The notes beneath the pieces are model-generated. The model was not told the origin of the DNA. It saw only the letters and a list, made by a program, of their open reading frames with translations, and searched no databases. A DNA stretch of 64,000 bases from positions 85,748,001 through 85,812,000 of the forward strand of contig NC_086097.1 in NCBI RefSeq assembly GCF_963921235.1, written 5' to 3'. The position numbers and the translations under genes are program-made. Shown piece after piece: positions 52,569-64,000 of the stretch (the stretch's first letter is position 1; every line of letters begins with the position of its first letter). The stretch is from Mobula hypostoma. Lineage: Eukaryota.

Positions 52569-54175
52569 GATAAGTTAGTGGCCTAAGGTAGAATGAGTCA
52601 ATTTTAGAAAACCTGGCACATTTATTTTTCAACATAGTCCCCTCCTACATTTACACACTTAGTCCAGTGGTCATGGAGCATACGGATCCCTTCTTTGTAG
52701 AAGTGGCCCACATCAGGGGTGATTGATAAGTTCGTAGCCTAATGTAGAAGGAGATGAGGTGTACAGCTCTCGTTACATGCATGTGCAGTTAAACTCTTTG
52801 AGTGATTATGCAGAAAGTTTGAAGTTAATAACTCATTTCTTTCTACCTTGGGCCATGAACTTATCAATCACACCTGCTGTGGACCACTGCTGGAGGTCCA
52901 AGATGCCGACTTCTACAAAGAAGGGATCCACGACCGCTGAACTAAGTGTGTAAATGTAGGAGAGGACTATATTGAAAAATAAATGTGCTGGGATTTTTAA
53001 AATTGACTCCTTCTACTTTAGGCCACGAACTTATCAATCACCCCTCGTATGTCATTATATACCACCCTGAGATTCTTTTTCTTGTGGGCACCTACAGTAA
53101 ATATAAAGAAATACAATAGGATCAATGCAAGCTGCACACAACAAAGACGGACAAACAACCAATGTACAAAAGACAACAAACTGCAAATACAAAAAGAGAA
53201 AATAACCAAACAAGCAATAAATATTGAAAACATGAGTTGTGGAGCCCTTGAAAGTGAGTTCCTAGGTTGTGGAATCAGTTCACTGTTGGGGTGAGTGAAG
53301 TTATCCCCTCTGGTTCAAGGGCCTGTTGGTTGTGGGGAAATAACTGTTCTAGAACCTGGTGGTACGGGACCTGAGGGTCTGGAATCTCCTTCCTGATAAT
53401 AGCAGTGAGAAGAGAGCATGGCCTGGGTGGTGGGGTCCTTGATGATGGATGCTGCTTTCCTGCAACAGTGTTCCATGTAGATGTACTTAATCGTGGGCAG
53501 GACTTTACTCCTAATGGACTGGGCTGTGTCCACTTTTTGTAGGCTCTTCTGTTCAAGTGTTTCCATACAAGGCTGTAATGCAACCAGTCAGTATACTCTC
53601 CACTGCACATCTATAGATCAAAGCTTTAGATGACATTCTAAATCTTCGCAAACTTCTCAAAAAGCAGAGGCATTGCTTTGCCTGCTTCCTAATGGCATTT
53701 ACTTGCTGTGCCCAGGACAGATCCTCTGAAATGATAACACCGAGGAATTTAAAATTGCTAACCCTTTCCACCTCTGATCTCCTTATGAGGACTGGTTCAT
53801 GAATTTCTCCCTCTTGTAGTCAATAATAAGCTCTTTAGTTTTGCTGACATTAGGTGAAAGTTTATTGTTGTGGCACTATTCAGCCAGATTTTTCATCTCC
53901 TTCCTATCTGCTGATTTGTCACTGTTGTCAGCAAACTTAAATAAGGCATTGGAGCCACACTTAACCTCACAGTCGTAAGTATACAGTGAGTAGAGCAGGG
54001 GGCTAAGCACACAGCCTTGAGGTGCATCTGTGCTGATGGTGATTGAGGAGGAGGCTATTGAAAGCTAGACCCATAACAGTTCTAATATGCAGAGGGAGCT
54101 TGGAGTCCATAGCTCCCTGAAACTGGCTACACAGATTGATGGAGTGGTAAGGCAGGCAAATGGCATAGTTCTACT

Positions 54176-56810
54176 CAGAATAAAAGGTAAAGGTAACAGA
54201 TGTAGGAAGCCTTGGTTTTCAAGAGATACTGAGGCCCTGGTTAAGGAGAAAAGGAGGTACATAGCAGGTATAAGCAGTTAGGAACACATGAAGTACTAAT
54301 GGAGTGTAAGAAATGCAAGAGAACACTTAAAGAGATTAGGAGGGCTAAAAGAAGGCACAATGTGCCCTAGCAGACAAGGTGATGTAGAATTCTAAGGGAT
54401 TTTACAGATATGTTAAGAGCACAAGGATTTTGCTCTTATTAAGAACCTCCATCACCCAGGACATGCACTCTTCCCATTGTTATCATCAGGATGGAGGTAC
54501 AGAAGCCTGAAGGCACACACTCGCTGATTCAGGAACAGCTTCTTCCCCTCTGCCATCCAATTCCTAAATGGATCTTGAACCCATGAATACTTTTTAAATA
54601 GTTTATTTCTGTTTTTCACTATTTATAATCTATTTAATACATAACAGGCAGCCGTTGATCCCAGGGGATCATAGGTTTACGCCTCTGGTGGACTGTGTCC
54701 ACTCCAGCATGCAAGCCTGGGTGGGAAGATTTAAAGAACTGGCTATTGCCCATGCAGTGGGATCCCCCTCTCCATTTCACTGACGTAGTCCAAGGGAAGG
54801 GCAAGTGCCGATACAGCTTGGCACCAATGTTGTCACAGGGGTTGCCAGAGTGAAGTTGCAAACATCAAACCTAGGCACCTCGGCTCCAGATTTCTTCCTC
54901 GGGGTTTATTCCTGAAGCCTTTCCCATGGGTGGGTATGGCCACAAAGCAGTGGAGATTTAAAATCAGAGTTTTCCTTCTCCTTGGCGGGTTGCCGTCCAA
55001 GGCTGACAAGCCTCACCTTGTCCAATTACTTACTGTAATTGATTTACTTATTTAGTTTTCTTTCTGGATTATCATGTAGTGCATTGAACTGCTGCTGCCA
55101 AGTTAACAAGTCTCACGACATATGCCAATGATAATAAATCTGATTCTGATTCTGATGCAAGGGACAAAATTGGTCCTCTGGAAGATCAGAATGGTAATCC
55201 ATGCATGAAGCCAAAAGAGATGAGGGATATTTTAAAAGGATTTTTTTTTTGCATTTGTATTTACTCAAGAGAGGGACACAGAGTCTATAGAAGTAAGACA
55301 AAGCAGCAGAGACCTCATACAGAGGAGGAGATGTAAGCTGTCATGAGACAAACTAGGGTGGATAGTTCCCCAGGGCCTGACGAGGTGTTCCCTCATACAC
55401 TATGGGAGGCAAGTGCAGAAATTGCAGGGGCCCCAACAGAGATATTTAAATCATCCTGGCATCAGTAGTGGCAAAATTATTGGAAGGTATTCTAAGAGAC
55501 CGGATTTATGAGTATTTGGATCGACATGGAGTGATTAGGGATAGTTCAGCATGGCTTTGTGTGTGGTAGGTCATGTCTAAGCAATCTTACAGAGTTTATT
55601 GAGGAAGTTACCAGAAAGCTGATGAAGGCAAGGCCGTGGATTTTGTCTACATGGACAAGGCCCATCGTGGGAGGTTGGTCAAGAATCTTCAATTGCTTGT
55701 CATTCAAGATGAGAGAGTAAATTGGATTAGACATTAGCTTTGTGGGGGAAGCCAGAGAGTGGTTGTAGATGGTTGACTCTCTGACTGGAGGCCTGTGACT
55801 AGCGGAGTGCCGCAGGGATTGGCGCTGAGTCCATTGATGTTTATTATCTATATCAGTGATCTGGATTATTATGTGGTTAACTGGATCAGCAAATTTGAAG
55901 ATGACACCAAGATTGGGGGTGTAGTGGACAGCCAGGAAGGCTATCAGAACTTGCAGTGGGAACCGGACCAGCTGGAAAAATGGGCTGATAAAATGGCAGC
56001 GGAATTTACCATAGACAAGTGTTAAGTGTTGCACTTTGGTAAGACCAGTCAGGTTAGGTCTCACACAGAGAATGGTAGGGCACTGAGAAGTGTGGTAGAA
56101 CAAAGGGATCTGGGAATACAGGTCCATAATTCATTGAAAGTGGCATCACAGGTAGATAGGGTTGTAAAGAAAGCTTTTGACACATTAGCCTTCATAAATC
56201 AAAGTACTGAGTACAGGAGATATAATGTTGTGTTAAAGTTGTATAACACGTTGATGAGGCCTTATTTGGAGTTTTGTGTGCAGTTTTGGTCACCTACCTA
56301 CAGGAAAGATGTAAATAAGGTTGAAAGAGTACCAAGAAAATTTACAAGGAATTTGCCAAGTCTGGAGGACCTCAGTTATAAGAAAAAAATTGAATAGGTT
56401 AGGACTTTATTCCTTGGAATGTAGAAGATTGAGGGGAGATTTGATAAAGGTATACAATATTATAAAGGGTATAAATAGGGTAAGTGCAAGCAGGCTTTTT
56501 CTACTGAGGTTGGGTGGGACTACAACTAGAGGTCTTCGGTTAAAGGTGAAAGGTGAAAAGTTTAAGGGAAACATGAGAGGAAACTTTTTCATTTAAAGAG
56601 TCGTGAGAGTGTGGAACGAGTTGCCAGCCCAGTTGGTGCATACGAGCCCGATTTCAATGTTTAATAGAAGTTTGGATAGGTACATGGATGAAAGGTGTAT
56701 GGAGGGGTATGGTCCTGGTGCAGGTCGATGGGACTAGACTGCTTAATTGGTTTGGGATGGACTAGGTGGGCCCACGGGCCTGTTTTTGTGCTGTACATTT
56801 CTATGACTCT
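54176..56810 (+). mobile_element. Younger CR1/HER1-like LINE nested in the host CR1
   Basis: TSGVPQG, SKFEDDTKIGG, RPYLEFCVQFWSP; tail ttctatgactct. Confidence 0.9.
54435..55156 (+). mobile_element. Rex1 3' fragment containing an inverted RTE-related non-autonomous element (~54645-55022)
   Basis: Tail (tgattc)3; the insert is reverse-complementary to the body of the 24677 SINE. Confidence 0.75.
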
Positions 56811-56869
56811 AATATAAAGTTATATGAGAATTGGTTAGGTTGCACTTGGAGTATAGACTGTTCAAAACC

Positions 56870-59800
56870 AATGGAAATAGATCAGGCAATGGTCAGTATA
56901 TTGTTCCTTTATATCTCCGGCGGAAATGGGGACATTGTGCTGGGCTAATGGTGTGTTTAAAAACATGAGATTTTCAACTCCCAGTACTGACTATCTAGCT
57001 GGCAAATGTATAGTCTCTGGTAAATAAAACTGATGATCTCAGAGCTAGGGTGCTGTATCAAAAAGACGTTAGGACTGCTTGCATCCCTTGTTCCACAGAA
57101 TCTTGATTAACCCCTTCCGTGCCGGACACAACGATTTGAATAGACGAGTTCACCATATACCACCAAGATAGGCCTGTTGAGTCTCTCAAAAGCAGAGGTG
57201 GAGGTGTATGCCTTATGATCAATTCCTTGTGGTATCCTGTTCACCAGATCTGGAACATCTCACAATCAAGTACTGTCCATTTTATCTGCCATGGGAGAAT
57301 TCAACGATAATTTTGGTAGCGGTGTACATTCCACCTCAGGCCAATGTCAAACAGGCTCTAAACAAACTGAACAATGCAATCAACAGTCATGAAACAGCGC
57401 ATACTGATGCCTTCCCCAACATTTCGGGGGATTTTTACCAGGCCAGCTTGATAAAGTCACTAAATAATTATTAGCAACAGATAACTTGTAGTTCCAGAGG
57501 AAACAACACAATTTGGAAAGTCTGATCACCTGGCTATACTTCTATTCCCTGAGTATAGACTGAGACAAAAGACTGCAGCACCAGTAGTGAGGATCAAGAA
57601 GGTACGGACAAGGGAAGCACAGGAGTGCCTACAGGACTGCTCTGAATTGGTGCACTGTACTGTATTCAGGGATTCATCTTTGAACCTGGATGAGTATGCT
57701 GCAGTTGTTATTGACTTCATTAAAACCTGTGTGGATTAGTCTGTGCCTACAAAAACTTACTGAACATTCCCAAACCAAAAGCTGTGGATGAATCAGGAGA
57801 TTCGTTGTCTGCTGAGGGCTAGATCTGTGGCATTTAAGTGAAGTGACCCATGTATGTACAAGAAAACCAGATATGTCTTGCAGAGGGCTATTTCAAGAAA
57901 CAACTCCGAGAGTGGTTAGAGGTGACATCAGATGCATGTCAACTCTGGCAGGGTTTGCAGGCCATTATTTCCTGCAAAGCAGAACCCAACATCACAAATG
58001 AGAATTATGCTTCACTTCCAGATGAGCTTAACGCCTTTTACGCTTGCTTTGAAAGGGAGAATAAAACTACAGCTCTGAGGATCCTGCGCTATCCGGTAAT
58101 CCTGTGATCTCTTTTGCAGAGGCCGATATTAGGCTGTCTTTCAGGAAGGTGAATGCTCGCAAAGCGGCAGGTCCCAATGGAGTACCTGGTAAGGCTCTGA
58201 AAACTTGTGCCGACCAACCAGCAGGGGTATTCAAAGACATTCTCAGTGTCTCATTGCTATGGTCGGAAGTTCCCACCTGCTTCAAAAGAGGAACAAGTAT
58301 ACTAGTGCCCAAGAAGACCAGTGTGAGCTGCCTTGACAAATATCGTACAGTAGCATTCATGTATACAGTGATGAAATGCTTTGAGAGGTTGGTCATGTCT
58401 AGAATCCATTCCTGTCTCAGTAAAAACCTGGACCCACTGTAATTTGCCTATTGCCTAATAGATTACAGCAGACAGGATCTCAGTGGCTCTCTGCGTGGTT
58501 TTGGATCACCTGATCAATACAAATACCTATGTCAGGATGTTGTTTATTGACTATAGCTCAGCATTCAACACTATACAGTCCTGATGGAAAAGCTAAAGAA
58601 CCTGAGCCTCTGTCTCTCCCTCTGCAATTGGATTCTCAACTTCCTAATCGGAAGACCACAATTTATGTGGATTAGAAATAACATCTCCACCTCACTGACA
58701 ATCAACACTGGTGCACCACAGAGATGTGTGTTCATCCCACTGCTCTACTCTCTCTACACCTGTGACTGTGTGGCCAGGCATAGCTCAAATGCCATCTATA
58801 AATTTGCTGATGTTTTTGGCAGAATCTCAGATGGTGACAAGAGAGCGTACAGGAGTGAGCCATACCAGCTAGTTGAGTGGTGTCACAATAACAACCTTGC
58901 ACTCAATGTCTGTAAGACCAAAGAGCTGATTGTGGACTTCAGAAAAGGTAGAATGAGAGAACACAAACCAATCCCCGTAGAGGGAACAGAAGTGAGAGAG
59001 TGAGCAATTTCAAGTTCCTGGGTATCAATATCTTGGAGGAGCTAATCTGGTCACAACATTACCTTAAACAGATGTGATGTTTCTGCTGCTGGACCATCGA
59101 GTCATCAGCCGGGTCCATCCGTCTTCAGACGTTTCTTCCCCAAACCCACAACATCCTCGGGATGGTGGGACAGCAGAAGGTGATCAGTCTTCCATCCCCG
59201 ACGGTCAGACATCCAACTACTATCGTCCCTTTGCAGCCAAAGCCAACTGGACGCTCTCTCTGCTGCTTGGGCCATGGTGTTAACGGCTCTCTTCCTGGTT
59301 CTCCCTTGTATCCCTAAAGCTGCCATCATCTTCCAGCATGACATGGCGGGAAATCCTCTTGCCCCCACTTTGACAGGGAAGTTCCACGTCTGCCAGCCTT
59401 GCCGTCTGCAATCCGCCGCTAGGTCTTCGTACCTCACAAATTTCCTCTCCTGAGCCTCTTGGCATCGGGTCTCCCGTGGCACTGTTACCCCTATCACCAC
59501 GAGCCTCTTTGCACTCTCTGACATTAGCAGAACGTCTGGTCGAAGTGTGGTCTCTGCTACTGGTGGGAACACCAGCATATTGATGCAGCTATAAAGAAAG
59601 CAAGACAGTGACCATATTCCATTAGGAGTTTGAGATTTGGTTTGTCATCTAAAACACGCAAACTTCCACAGATGTACCTGGAGAGCATTTTGATTGGCTG
59701 CATCACTGTCTGGTATGGGGGGAGGGTGTTACTGCACAGGATTGAAGTAAGTTGCAGAAAGTTGTAAAATTAGTCAGCTCCATCATGGGTACTAGCCTCC

Positions 59801-60186
59801 ACAGCATCCAAGACATCTTCAAGGAGTGGTGCCTCAGGAACATGGCATCCATCCTTAAGGTCCTTCACCACCCAGGACATGCTGCCTTCTCATTGTTACC
59901 GTAAGGAAGAGGTCCAGAAAGCTAAAGGCATGAACTCAGTGACTTGGGAACTGCTTCTTCCTCTCTGGCATCTAATTTCTAAATGGACCTTGAACCCATG
60001 AACACTACCTTGCGAATTTTTGTTCTCTGTTTTTGCACCACTTATTTTAACTGAACTATTTGATATACTGTACATATATCTACTTTCTGTAATTCAGTCT
60101 TCTTCTATATTCATCATGTATTGCATTGTACTGCTGCTGCAAAAGTTAACAGATTTCATGACATAGAGCGATGATTCTGATTCTGA
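56870..60186 (+). mobile_element. Rex1/Babar LINE (APE + RT + 3' UTR), degenerate
   Basis: VAVYIPPQAN, KAAGPNGVPG, GAPQ.CV..PLLYSLYT, YKFAD; tail gattctgattctga. Confidence 0.9.
59060..59575 (-). mobile_element. R2/Hero-like non-LTR retrotransposon 3' fragment (restriction-like endonuclease)
   Basis: LRPDVLL...VTVP.E......ERK..RYEDL..DC...GW.....PV.VGARGF...AAERASSWLW; splits the Rex1 sequence caacat|attgatgcag. Confidence 0.85.
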
Positions 60187-60789
60187 ATTCTGTTCCCTTC
60201 ATTGCAGGAAGGATGTGAGGGTTTTGAAGGGGATCAAAAAAAGTTTACCAGGATGCTACCTCTGTTCAAGAAAGAAGAGGAGGCATCAGACCCACCTAAT
60301 GTGGTATGGGAATGGAGAAAGATTGTACGTATACAGGGAAGATGAAACATTTGGGATCAAGAAATTGCTGAAGTGGCAAAGTGCGTCCGAGGTAACAGGG
60401 TTATAAGTTAGAAGGGACTGAGCCTGGGGAGTAAGGATGGAGTTAAAGTGGTGTAAGCACAGGCTGAAACAATGGGTATGTCTGGACATAAGGGAGAATC
60501 AGGTAATGGGCAGCATTTACTTCTCTGTTATATTCCAATCATTCATCCTATACCCTCAATTTCTATCACCCAAACAACTGTAGTAGTTCCAGAAGCCTTA
60601 CCAATAATGTACAGATACTGAAAAATGAGTAAATTTTTTAAAAATCTGTGTGTTTGGCACCAGGAAAAGTTCACATGTATTAACATGTATCTCAACTTGA
60701 AGTATAATTGACTCCCCTTCACTCAGAAATAATCACATACGGGAATTTCACAGGCTTAAACTCATCTTGGATTTCTAGTGCTGCACTTT

Positions 60790-61760
60790 TTAGGAGACAA
60801 AATTGGGCAGTTGACAGGATGTCCTTTGTTACAGGAGGAATGATTCAGTTAGGTTTTGCATAATTATGGAAAAGCATAAAGATAAAATGGGAGTGAAGGC
60901 TCTAAATGGAGGAAAGGCAAATATTACAAAGCTAAGAAGTGATTTATTAAAAGTGGTTGAGAAACAGGAAAAATAACATCACAGTGGTGAGAGCGGCTTT
61001 CAAAAAGCAAATTAGGACATTCTGGATAATCATAGCCTCACAAAAAAGGTTTGCCAAATCTAACCCCAAATGACGAATTGTAGAGAGGATTGAATTATGC
61101 AAAAGAGTGCTTATAATAAATATGAAAGCTCAAAATTTGCATAAAGTCAAAAAAGCACTGAAGGCATAGAAGTGAAATTAAAACGGAAATTAGGAAATCA
61201 AAGGACCTGAAGAAATGTTGGTGTGGAATATCAAAGGAAGTTTTAAGGCACATTAAGAGCAAGATATTAACTTAGAGAAGAGTGTGGCCTATTTGGGACT
61301 AATGTATGGTGGTTAAATATATGGATTGTGCATATTTTATCCCCCACTTTCCAAAGGAGGAGAACAGCATTGGTAATGTTGTAACTAAGGGGAAGAGTGT
61401 GAAATGTTGGAAGGGATAAATGTAATAAGAGGTGAATTATGAGGGTGGTAATTTCTTCAAAAATAGTTAGCTCAAGATGATATTTGTTCCAGGCTGTCAA
61501 AAGAAAGAAAAACATTGTAGAGGCTCTGCCAATGATTCTCCAGGCCTCTCAGTCAATAAGAGTGGCATCAGAGGACTAGAGAACTTCTGTTGTAGCATTA
61601 CTGAATAACAACAAGCCAGTTAATGAAATAGGTGGATCAGCTCTGGGATATGATATAACATTTTAATTTGAATAACAAAACTTCAAGACAAACAGCTCAT
61701 GTTTGTTAAGAAGGTCGTGATGGATGAATAATTGAATTTGTGAGAAGTTAGCAAGGAGAA
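60790..61760 (+). mobile_element. Highly degenerate CR1 fragment
   Basis: gagaagagtgtggcctattt, ccagaggactagaga and catgtttgttaag remnants. Confidence 0.5.
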
Positions 61761-61884
61761 TGCAGCTTAAATATTCTCTCTGTGACCATTTGGTTTGTTA
61801 AATTCTCCAGTTTCTTTGCACATTCAAAGACATGTCGCTTGGTAGTTTAACTTGTTACGGTAAATTATCCTAATATAGTTGCGT

Positions 61885-62481
61885 GTGCAAGCCCTCCGGT
61901 GAAAAATGATATCGTATCTGTTAAATAGGGGCCGTGGGCAATTCTGATTTGATGGAGAATGGACGTGAAAGCACAGAGGAACACTTGGAGAAATTTCTGA
62001 AACGCTCGTTCGCTGCTGTCATTACTGCGTGGTTGGGAATCTTTTGGAGGGTAGGCCTCAAAATCCCTGGCCTTGCCTGCTTTTGGCGACTGAGAAGGAG
62101 GTTGAATCGTTTGGACAGAGATGGTGCTCAGTACTCGGTGTCGGACAGCTGATCAGAGCTCGAAGTTTTTGGATGACTCAGAGTCGGATTGTTGTCGGCA
62201 TGGCAGGGAGAGTTTTTCTTCCTTCTCCCATATGTGTGAGATGTGGGACATTTGAGAGACTTTGAACTTTACTGTGCTCATGGACTTCTTCATCAAGTTA
62301 TGGTATTGTTACGCTGTTGTAACTATATGTTATAATTATGTGGTTTTGTCAGTTTTTTCGGTCTTGGTCTGTCCTGTGTTTTGTGATATCACACCGGAGG
62401 AAATAATGTATCATTTCTTAATGCATGCATTACTAAATGACAATAAAAGAGGACTACGTGTCTTCATAATCTAATCTAATC
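61885..62481 (+). mobile_element. LINE-type 3' UTR fragment with (TAATC)n tail, inserted in a SINE remnant
   Basis: caataaaagaggactacgtgtcttcataatctaatctaatc; flanks resemble the HE1 body. Confidence 0.55.
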
Positions 62482-62589
62482 TTGTCAGAGTAGGAGGATG
62501 GAGTAGAAAGCATGTAAGAGAGAACAGGTTATAGGGAAAATAAAAGGAAGAATGGGTTTCGTGGGATTGTAATCTCAGACTGGTCCATT

Positions 62590-62945
62590 ATAGGCACTCA
62601 CCTCCCTGCTATTGAGGATACCTTCAAAAGGCACTGCCTCAAGCAGGAGGCATCCCTCATGAAAGATCCTCAGCATCCAGATTCCTCTCATTACTACCAT
62701 CAAGGAGAAAGTGCAGAACCTGAAGATGCACACTCAACTTTCAAAGAACTTATTCTTCCCCTCCACCATCAGTCCATGAGCACATAACCACTACCTCACT
62801 ATTTTGTTCACTTTTTGTAGTATTTTTTTTTATAGTCTTACTATAAGATACGGTAATTGTTAGGCATTGCACTGTACTGCCTCTGCAAATCAACAAATTT
62901 CATGAAATACTGTATGTCAGTGATCATAAACCTGATTCAATTCTG
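62590..62945 (+). mobile_element. Rex1-like 3' fragment
   Basis: ttactaccatcaaggagaaagtgcaga...ataaacctgattc. Confidence 0.7.
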
Positions 62946-62991
62946 CTCTGGAAACTGACATAGACTCAGTTACCTGAATGATCTCTTTTTG

Positions 62992-63355
62992 TGTTGTAGG
63001 AAAATATTGCATTGCTCTCGGAGGGCATGGTCGACAGCCTGCCCCTGCATTCTTAATGGCCAGTACTGTTTATTGTTCTTGTGTTAAAACACTTTTGTGG
63101 GATTATGGTGAGAAGTTCCAGTTCATTTATTGTTACATTTTAGCTTGGGTTATGCAGTTATTCACTTGTGTATTTGTCAGTCACCCTGACCATAACCAGG
63201 GTGTGTGACGGTCACCTCCCCCATCTGCATGAGACTGGTTGGGTTCACTCTATAGTCCATGGTGCCCAGTCTGTTTTGTGTTTATCACAATAAAATGGTT
63301 GTTGAGTTAATAAGCTTCCTCGTCTGTCATTATGGACTAAATGCTCACCACAATA
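62992..63355 (+). mobile_element. Possible solo LTR
   Basis: TGTTGT...ACAATA imperfect inverted ends, AATAAA near the 3' end; no clean TSD. Confidence 0.35.
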
Positions 63356-63471
63356 TGTAAATACTGCATGTTCAGTGAGGGAATGCTTTTGTTTTGCAGA
63401 CATAAAGATTTTGAAAATTGTTTTCTCAAAAGCACAATGGATGTACTTCCTGGACTCTTTATATCTTCTTA

Positions 63472-63753
63472 CAGCATAGCTTGGTGGAATAGTGGTTAGT
63501 GTAATGCTTTACAGAGCCAGTGACTAGAGTTCAACTCCCACTGCTGTCTGTAAGGAGTTTGTACGTTCTCCCCATGACCACATGGGTTTCCTCCAGGTGC
63601 TCTGGTTTCTTCGCACAGTCCAAAGACGTACCGGTCAGGAGGTTTATTGATCATTGTAAATTGTCCTGTGATTAGGCTAGGGTTAAATAGGTGGTTTGCT
63701 GGGCGCTGCAGCTCGGTGGGCCAGAAGCACCTGTTCTGTGCTGTCTTTCTAAA
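63472..63753 (+). mobile_element. HE1-like V-SINE
   Basis: tRNA-like head, V-domain (gagtttgtacgttctcccc...gggtttcctcc.ggtgctct.gtttc...cacagtccaaagac), CR1-like tail. Confidence 0.85.
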
Positions 63754-64000
63754 TATATAGACAGATATGTACATGCACACATACATAAGTACTTATTTAC
63801 TCCTGCCTTTGTCCAATCAATACTCTTTGCTTCATCCTTTCCAATCAATGCTGCTCACTTGTATCATTTCATAACAGATACATTGTATTATTCTTTTCAA
63901 TATGTCAATCTTCTCCCCACAGCCCACACAGTAGTTCGTTGATGGTATCTGAAGCACGGGGGTTCTGATGGCTCTGTCATAACTTTGTAATATGTATAAT

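Larger units (their letters stand above)
50127..53047. mobile_element. Mariner-type palindromic MITE (~500 bp net), interrupted by RTE
   Basis: TA-cgaggggtgattgataag ... cttatcaatcacccctcg-TA; internal copies of the TIR at ~52715 and ~52858. Confidence 0.88.
50091..54052 (-). mobile_element. Rex1-like LINE fragment whose 3' UTR is interrupted by a mariner MITE
   Basis: aagtacata[TA..TA]tgtcattatatac matches the uninterrupted copy at 31851; ERVSNFKFLGV..SEDLSW motif. Confidence 0.85.

Noticed and set aside
59066..59135. Hammerhead ribozyme in the Hero-like 3' UTR (CTGATGA...GAAAC)
   Set aside because: Helices I and II cannot be paired.

Overview
Vertebrate genomic DNA, most likely a cartilaginous fish (ray/skate-type). 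That is inferred from the repeat set: HE1/V-SINE, CR1/HER1-like and Rex1/Babar-like LINEs, and inverted Penelope-type repeats. One host gene can be reconstructed by hand on the minus strand from four exons with canonical splice sites (47338-47278, 37315-37179, 29142-29047, 25336-25223). It encodes a 135-aa PDZ plus C-terminal tail-anchor protein of the SYNJ2BP/OMP25 family, with a CpG-rich promoter carrying NRF1 motifs; the ORF track does not recover the spliced CDS. The first ~12.2 kb is a C-rich 31/36-bp tandem array with higher-order periods. It grades into a 134-bp repeat and ends in an LTR-like TGACA terminus. The rest is densely nested, mostly dead transposons: two Tc1 elements, a Tigger/pogo element, hAT and mariner MITEs, CR1, Rex1, RTE, an R2/Hero-like fragment, and SINEs. 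No prokaryotic-type system (CRISPR, defence, operon) is present. The best leads are a possibly divergent SYNJ2BP paralogue, decayed minimal hammerhead-ribozyme motifs in Penelope-derived repeats, and a satellite apparently expanding inside an LTR. Repeat boundaries are approximate unless a TSD or TIR is quoted.
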